Origin: an uncultured Methanosarcinaceae archaeon
GTDB lineage: Archaea; Halobacteriota; Methanosarcinia; Methanosarcinales; Methanosarcinaceae
Direction of reading: 5' to 3'
Assembly (NCBI GenBank): GCA_963847185.1
Contig: CAWJYV010000010.1
Coordinates: 448,001-512,000, forward strand
Length of the DNA stretch: 64,000 bases
The stretch's first letter is position 1. Every line of letters begins with the position of its first letter. A program made the position numbers and the translations under genes. The notes below the pieces were generated by a model. That model made no database searches. It was not told the DNA's origin and was given only the letters and a program-made list of their open reading frames with translations. Of this stretch, positions 58,248 through 64,000 are shown piece after piece.

Positions 58248-59024
58248 ATGGACTCACAACAAACAGGTAATATAACCCCTTCAGGAAATGTGTCTGAAAA
58301 GAATTCATTCGCATCCGGTGTCCCTGGAGATATGGAAGAACCCGTTATGGCCCACCTGTTCGAGCTCAGGAACCGGCTGGCAATCGTTTTAATCTGGCTC
58401 TTTATAGGGATAGTTGTTGCCTTTCCATTTTCGGCAAAAGGAATGTTACTTATCTGGAAGGAATTCATAGGTCCTGGCCTGATAATGACATCATACTCCC
58501 CTCTTGAATGGACCTTTGCCCGCATCAAGCTCTCCCTGGTCTTTGCCCTTGCAATTTCGATTCCATTGTCCTTTTATCAGCTTTACAGATTTGCAGCTAA
58601 AGGGCTATATCCGAATGAAAGGCGCTTTTTCCTTAAAGTTATTCCTGCATCTTTCTTGCTTTTCATCTTAGGAACTGCAATAGGTTACTTCCTTGTCCTG
58701 CCTGCGATGTTCAAATACATTCTCTTCTACTCGGGAGATGTGGCTACAGCCCAGCTTTCAGTCCAAGATACCCTATCAGCCGTGACCACAATTCTGATAG
58801 GCTTCGGGGTTGTTTTCCAGCTTCCCCTTCTTGTAGTCTTTGCAGTGAAAATGGGACTTGTACAGTATCAGACCCTCAAAAAACAGAGGATTCTTATCTA
58901 CAGCGCAATTATGGCGTTCTCCCTTTTCCTTACCCCTGACCCGACTTTTATTGCCCAGCTTGTTGTAGCGCTTTTGCTGGCAGTCCTCTTTGAGTTCAGC
59001 TTGTTACTGATCCGGCTATTTTAA
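58248..59024 (+). CDS. tatC: Sec-independent translocase TatC
   Basis: AHLFELRNRL, SPLE, GLYPNERR, FGVVFQLP, TPDP, LFE. Confidence 0.93.
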   Translation: MDSQQTGNITPSGNVSEKNSFASGVPGDMEEPVMAHLFELRNRLAIVLIWLFIGIVVAFPFSAKGMLLIWKEFIGPGLIMTSYSPLEWTFARIKLSLVFALAISIPLSFYQLYRFAAKGLYPNERRFFLKVIPASFLLFILGTAIGYFLVLPAMFKYILFYSGDVATAQLSVQDTLSAVTTILIGFGVVFQLPLLVVFAVKMGLVQYQTLKKQRILIYSAIMAFSLFLTPDPTFIAQLVVALLLAVLFEFSLLLIRLF

Positions 59025-59155
59025 TTCCAATTTTGAGAATTTTGCGGAATAAGTTTCATCAAAAGAACCTTCTTTTTTAAGAAATTTCCACTTAAAGCCT
59101 GTCTACGTACTGTTTTAAAAGAATTTTTATATTTGGTTGCTGATAATAGCCAGCA

Positions 59156-59518
59156 ATGATAGGTTCCACTGAACTACTCGTAATCGCAATCGCTGCCCTC
59201 TTCCTCTTTGGACCTCAGAAGCTCCCTGAGCTTGCACGGTCTCTCGGGAGTGCAGTAGGGGAGTTTAAAAAAGCTCAGCGTGCCGCTGAGCTGGAACTTA
59301 CGGAATTTGATGCCTACACCCGAAAAACTGGAAATAAAGCCAGTGAAAAAGAGGAAGAAAAGGAAAAACTTGAAGTTAGCCCCACAGAAAATGGGAACGA
59401 AAAAAAAGATAGTGAAAACAAAAATAGGGAAGTAAAGGCCAATCCGCTGAGTGCGCTGGAATGTAGATCCTCTATTCCTGAGCAGGAAAAAACTCCTGAC
59501 AATCAAATACCGAAATGA
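59156..59518 (+). CDS. tatA: TatA/E family subunit
   Basis: MIG..EL..I...L.LFGP.KLPELARSLG.AVGEFKKA. Confidence 0.93.
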   Translation: MIGSTELLVIAIAALFLFGPQKLPELARSLGSAVGEFKKAQRAAELELTEFDAYTRKTGNKASEKEEEKEKLEVSPTENGNEKKDSENKNREVKANPLSALECRSSIPEQEKTPDNQIPK

Positions 59519-59746
59519 AATAAATATAAACTCTGAAAAAGCAGAATAAAAAAACTTAAATAATATAAAATACTCCAGATAATAGTGCAAAATAGAAACT
59601 TTATATAATATGAAAAAGCTTAGCCTAAATTAAAGATATTCAGGTTATTCATTTAAATAGTCAGATATTTTTGCATCATTTACATAGCAATTATTATCGC
59701 TAAAAGTTCAACGTCATTAAGAAAACGAAAAGCTTGAGGTCCAGCC

Positions 59747-60058
59747 ATGATAGGCACACAAGAACTTGCAATAATTTTTGGAATAGCTGTACTTCTTTTT
59801 GGGGCAAGCAAACTTCCGGAACTGGCCCGTTCCATGGGAAGCTCTGTAGGAGAATTCAAAAAAGCCCAGAAAGAATCCGAAAAAAGTCTTAAAGAATTTG
59901 AGAAAACGCTAACTGAGCCGACGCCAGCCCCAAAGAAAACCAAGGTGCAGGAAACAGCTGAAAAACTTGGAATTGATATAAAAGGCAAGACCGACGAGCA
60001 GCTTCTTGAAGAAATCCAGAGGCATGCCGAGAGGCCAAAAGAAGTTTCAGAACCATGA
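59747..60058 (+). CDS. tatA: TatA/E family subunit
   Basis: MIGTQEL..I....LLFGA.KLPELARSMG..VGEFKKA; C-terminal A.KLGID..GKT.E.L motif. Confidence 0.93.
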   Translation: MIGTQELAIIFGIAVLLFGASKLPELARSMGSSVGEFKKAQKESEKSLKEFEKTLTEPTPAPKKTKVQETAEKLGIDIKGKTDEQLLEEIQRHAERPKEVSEP

Positions 60059-60268
60059 AAAAAGCCTGAAGGATAAGCTTTTCTTTTCGCTAGATTTTGC
60101 TCAATTATCTATTGGAATTTTTCATAGTTTGATCGTATATTTTATATTTTATATTTTCTCATTTTCTCATTTTCGGTTTTCAGATTTGTTTTAACCGAAA
60201 ACTTTTTTGAGTTTAATTTTAAATAAATTGAAAAAGCCAGCTTAATAAGGAGGCCTTTTCTGGTAGAA

Positions 60269-60781
60269 ATGATCATCGAAGTTGACAAAAACGATAATTT
60301 TCTTGGTTTGCGTGCACGGGAGGAGTTTTATTCGGGGAATCACATCCACAGGGCTTCCCAGTTAATCCTGCTGAATCCTGAAAACAAAATGCTTATCCAG
60401 AAAAGGACACCTCAAAAGAAATGGTATCCGAACCGTTACACATACTCGGTAAGCGGCACTGTGGCGAATGAATCTTATGAAACCTGCATCGAGAGAGAAA
60501 TGCTTGAAGAAATAGGGATTTCAGTTCCGTTCAAAAAATTGTTTAAGATTTCCTGCATCTTCGAAAACGGAGGAGCTTTTCACACTGTATTCTCGGGTAG
60601 ATGCTCTGAAGAGACTTCAAGTCTAATAAGGTTTGATCCTGAAGAAGCAGTTAATATAGAGTGGATAGAACTTGAAGAACTGCACAGAGCTGTTCAAGCC
60701 GAACCTGAAAAGTATACACCTTCCCTTAAAGCAGGAATTTTAAAAATCTTTAGAGAAGGATATGAAAAAGATATTTTTTAA
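60269..60781 (+). CDS. NUDIX hydrolase (IDI type 1-like subfamily)
   Basis: IHRAS, IQKR...K..YP, SG.V..ESYE....RE..EEIGI. Confidence 0.88.
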   Translation: MIIEVDKNDNFLGLRAREEFYSGNHIHRASQLILLNPENKMLIQKRTPQKKWYPNRYTYSVSGTVANESYETCIEREMLEEIGISVPFKKLFKISCIFENGGAFHTVFSGRCSEETSSLIRFDPEEAVNIEWIELEELHRAVQAEPEKYTPSLKAGILKIFREGYEKDIF

Positions 60782-60836
60782 AGTTTAATATGTTTATAAA
60801 ATTTCATTAAATTTTTACTATTCAATTTCCCTCATA

Positions 60837-61895
60837 TTAGTCTTCATAAAAATCCTGTTTTACGTCAGTATACTCTCCTACAATAGGAATGCTCTCTCCG
60901 CACTTCGGACAGGTTTTCTCAGGTGTGACATCGTATTTTTCGATCTGCATATATCCCCGGGAAATTAACATTTTTCCACAGTTCGGGCAAAAAGTATTAT
61001 TGCGCTCGCTCCCTGGAACATTGCCCATATAGACATACTTTACTCCTTCCTCAGTTGCGATCTTACAGGCGTCTTGCATCGTTTTTACAGGAGTTGGGGA
61101 GAGGTTTTGCATCTGGTACTGGGGATGAAAGCGTGTAAAATGGAGAGGAGTTTCAGGCCCCAGATTATTATACACCCACTTTGAAAGTTCCCTTAGTTCG
61201 TCAGGGGAATCATTGACTCCAGGGATAATGAGAGTTGTAATTTCCACATGTATCCCCAGTGCTTTTGCAAGAGCAGAAGCCTCGAGTACAGGAGCCAGTT
61301 TTGCACTTGCAACATCGTGATAGAACTTTTCATTGAAAGCCTTGATATCTATATTAGCGGCATCTAAGTATGGTGCTATGTGTCGAAGGGCTTCAGGAGT
61401 CATGTATCCGTTTGTCACATAAACTGTTCCAAGCCCGGCATCTTTTGCCAGTTTTGCACACTCATATGTATATTCATGCCAGATTGTAGGCTCGTTATAT
61501 GTCCAGGCAATTGATCTAGAACGAGAGAGAAGCGCCCTTTCCACAAGTTCTTCAGGAAGTATATCCATTGTATAAGATTCTTCCAGGCAGGCCTGAGAAA
61601 TTGACCAGTTCTGGCAGTGTTTGCAGCGGAAGTTGCATCCTATTGACCCTACAGAATAAACATAAGAGCCAGGGTAAAAATGATACAATGGTTTTTTTTC
61701 TACAGGATCAACTGCCTCACTGGAAACAGTGCCGTATATGAGAGTGTACAGGTTCCCTTCCCTGTTTTCTCTGACCCCACAAAAACCTCTTTTACCTTGA
61801 GCAATTTTGCAACTCTGAGCACAGAGACTGCAGTGTACTCTATTGTTTTCAAGTTTCTCGTAAAACATCGCTTCTCTTATCACATCAATCCCCAT
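60837..61895 (-). CDS. AmmeMemoRadiSam-type radical SAM enzyme
   Basis: CSLCAQSC..CGVR, DPVEKKPLYHF, CNFRCKHCQN (CxxxCxxC), TYNEP, FTRFHP, C-terminal CPNC/CPKC. Confidence 0.92.
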   Translation of the reverse strand: MGIDVIREAMFYEKLENNRVHCSLCAQSCKIAQGKRGFCGVRENREGNLYTLIYGTVSSEAVDPVEKKPLYHFYPGSYVYSVGSIGCNFRCKHCQNWSISQACLEESYTMDILPEELVERALLSRSRSIAWTYNEPTIWHEYTYECAKLAKDAGLGTVYVTNGYMTPEALRHIAPYLDAANIDIKAFNEKFYHDVASAKLAPVLEASALAKALGIHVEITTLIIPGVNDSPDELRELSKWVYNNLGPETPLHFTRFHPQYQMQNLSPTPVKTMQDACKIATEEGVKYVYMGNVPGSERNNTFCPNCGKMLISRGYMQIEKYDVTPEKTCPKCGESIPIVGEYTDVKQDFYED

Positions 61896-61970
61896 TAAGA
61901 GATTGTTTTTCAGGGTAATAACGGTTGCTGTTTTAGATTTATCGAGTCTGATAAGAAAAAGGTATTCAAA

Positions 61971-62047
61971 GTAAGTAGAGTAATTATGCAGTAAGTAAGT
62001 AGAGTAATTATGCAGTAAGTAAGGAGGGTAATTATGCAGTAAGTAAG
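61971..62047. repeat. 24-bp tandem repeat x3 (GTAAGTAGAGTAATTATGCAGTAA)
   Basis: Units at 61971, 61995 and 62019. Confidence 0.9.
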
Positions 62048-62156
62048 AGAAAAGTAACTCAGAGCAAAAAGATGCTATTCAAGATATAAGAAAAGGAAAG
62101 AGAAAACTCCTTCCCTTTTGAGATTGGCTTTTTAAAGAATTTCTTCCTTTTTAGAA

Positions 62157-62813
62157 TTAGCTGAATAGAGATTTTAAAGCATTAATTAGTTTTTCAAAGA
62201 AACCGGAATTCTCTGATGTTTCTTTAATGTTCTCTTCCGTGAAATTACCTTTTTCGTTCATATCTTCAGGGCCTTTTTCGGGAATCTCACTCATGTTCAT
62301 TGTTGCATTTCCATCTCTGGGTGGCTGACTCCTGTTAGTCGTCATTTCAGGGCGTCTATCTGACCCATTTTCAAAGCCCTGGGAGAGGTTTTCAGTTCCA
62401 TTCTGCATACCCGACCCCTGAGTACCTGGCCCTGGACCCATAGCCTGAGGGAGAATATTTTTAATTTCTTCTGGGGCTGTAGCAAATAGATTATCAAGTT
62501 CCTTTTTTATCGTGAGAAGGTCTTCTTGACTTTCGACATCTGAGATCTCTTCTTTTATTGATTCAAGATCAGTTATAAGCTGCTCGGCGTCTTCCAGAGA
62601 TTCATCATCAAGGTCTTCTTTTGAGTTTTCCAGGGTTTCTATAGTTTCATTGACCATTTTTGTCATTTGAGTCTTCATTTGATCAAAGGATTCCTCCGAC
62701 GCAGGTGAAGGAGGTACTTTTTGATCTTCAGCAAATGCACAGTAGGGAATTATACTGAATAATGTTAATAAAGTAAGAAAAATAGGAATTATTTTTTTAG
62801 TGAAAATTTCCAT
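62157..62813 (-). CDS. Secreted acidic helical protein
   Basis: Signal peptide ending AFA, acidic helical region, Gly/Pro/Met-rich tail; GGGTGA RBS. Confidence 0.8.
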   Translation of the reverse strand: MEIFTKKIIPIFLTLLTLFSIIPYCAFAEDQKVPPSPASEESFDQMKTQMTKMVNETIETLENSKEDLDDESLEDAEQLITDLESIKEEISDVESQEDLLTIKKELDNLFATAPEEIKNILPQAMGPGPGTQGSGMQNGTENLSQGFENGSDRRPEMTTNRSQPPRDGNATMNMSEIPEKGPEDMNEKGNFTEENIKETSENSGFFEKLINALKSLFS

Positions 62814-62991
62814 GTTACTTCACCCTTCTAAATAGAAAATTCAGATAAAAGTTTAATCTGATAAGGTATTTGTCAATAAATTTATATTGAAAAGAGATGG
62901 GAAAAATATTTCATTGATATCATCCCCTTTTCTCTCCCACCTCATTCTAATCCAGCGTTTAAATATTTTAAGAGTTCCTCAATACTGCTAT

Positions 62992-63921
62992 TTACTCAGT
63001 ACTGTTATCGGAACTACCATCCTGCACTCTGCCAGGGCCGCAGGGACAGTCAAATCCCCCACGTCCTCCATGATGCATCGGATTTTGTCTGTCCATACAA
63101 GAACCCATGTCAGGACCCATCCCAGGCGTTCCCTGTGAAGAGGACATAATCTCTTTGAGATCTGCCAGAGATTCGGCTCCATTGATTTCTTCGATCAGAG
63201 TGTTAAGTTCTGTAATTCTGTCGTTGAGTTCTGTGACATTCTCATTGGTATCATCAGTCGCGTTTTCACTCTCACTTACTTTAGCCTCAAGATGTTCAAT
63301 TTTATTTTCAATTGAATCAACAGCCTGAGCCTGCATGTAGGTAATCACAATTTCTTGCAGCTCTGCTGCACTGGAAGCTTCACTCACATTGGTGGATAAG
63401 CCTTCAAGCTCAGTTATTTGTTCATTGAGCATTTCAGTCATGTTTTCATCAGTTGTGTTTTCCAGCTGTCCGTTAAGCATTTCAGTAATATTCCCAATGG
63501 AACTAACTATTTCTGTCTGGACATCTGTGTAATTGTCATCAGTTACATTTTCAACCTGATCGAGGCAGAATAACCCATGCATCCCGGCATGGCCCATATT
63601 CTTCTCGCCTGGGCCCATGTTCATTCCACGGGGGCCCATGCACTCATTTGCAGGTTTTTGACTGGACAAAACCTCCTGGAGGTCGGAAGCATTGGACGCT
63701 TCGCTTACATTATTATAGAAGCTTTGAAGTTCAGCAATTCTCTCACTGATAGAATCGAGTATATTTGTTTGAACATCAATGAAATTTTCTTCAGTTATGT
63801 TGCATGCAGGAGCAATTTTTGGATTGTTTTCTGCAGCAAAAGCTCCTGAAGGAAAGATGCATAAAACCATCAACACTACCGCAAAACGGGAAAATGATTT
63901 TAGTGACTTTATTCTCATCAT
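62992..63921 (-). CDS. Secreted acidic helical-repeat protein (related to 62157-62813)
   Basis: Signal peptide ending AFA; three I.EL...V.EA....(D/E)L.E repeats; Gly/Met/His-rich linkers; GGAGG RBS. Confidence 0.82.
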   Translation of the reverse strand: MMRIKSLKSFSRFAVVLMVLCIFPSGAFAAENNPKIAPACNITEENFIDVQTNILDSISERIAELQSFYNNVSEASNASDLQEVLSSQKPANECMGPRGMNMGPGEKNMGHAGMHGLFCLDQVENVTDDNYTDVQTEIVSSIGNITEMLNGQLENTTDENMTEMLNEQITELEGLSTNVSEASSAAELQEIVITYMQAQAVDSIENKIEHLEAKVSESENATDDTNENVTELNDRITELNTLIEEINGAESLADLKEIMSSSQGTPGMGPDMGSCMDRQNPMHHGGRGGFDCPCGPGRVQDGSSDNSTE

Positions 63922-64000
63922 GTACCTCCGTTATTACTGTACATTGTTATTTTTGCCTTGCAGGCCATTCACCTGCTGACAGTCTTGAATTGTGCTGGCT

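Overview
Archaeal chromosomal window, most likely Methanosarcina (trm1, trmY-pus10-rpl21e-rpo4-DUF655-rsmA-hemK2 cluster, HisKA_2 kinase, GGAGG(TGA) RBSs, AT-rich intergenic DNA). It is mostly housekeeping, stress and transport genes: USP, pspA/pspAA with an MsvR-like regulator, P-type ATPase, NudC, fold-III decarboxylase, FprA, GlnA2-type glutamine synthetase, DtdA, MATE/MarR, two hydantoinase-family paralogues, PdaD, a 4-gene lipid-carrier glycosylation cassette, a DUF4011-helicase-nuclease-DUF3320 (Hhe-like) protein and a tatC/tatC/tatA/tatA cluster. The most striking unexplained signal is in the 1.9 kb gap with no long ORF at 21807-23703. It holds three ~400 bp-spaced units, each with a two-hairpin structured RNA showing compensatory base changes, conserved loop and linker motifs, and its own conserved promoter-like block. 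An 18-20 codon ORF keeps its frame on the opposite strand in all three copies. Also notable: an unannotated 53-aa, 10-Cys desulforedoxin/metallothionein-like gene, three probable non-canonical starts (CTG, CTG, ACG) and a degenerate second TatC. No tRNA, rRNA, CRISPR array or intact transposase was seen. Family calls are from motif recognition by eye, not database searches.
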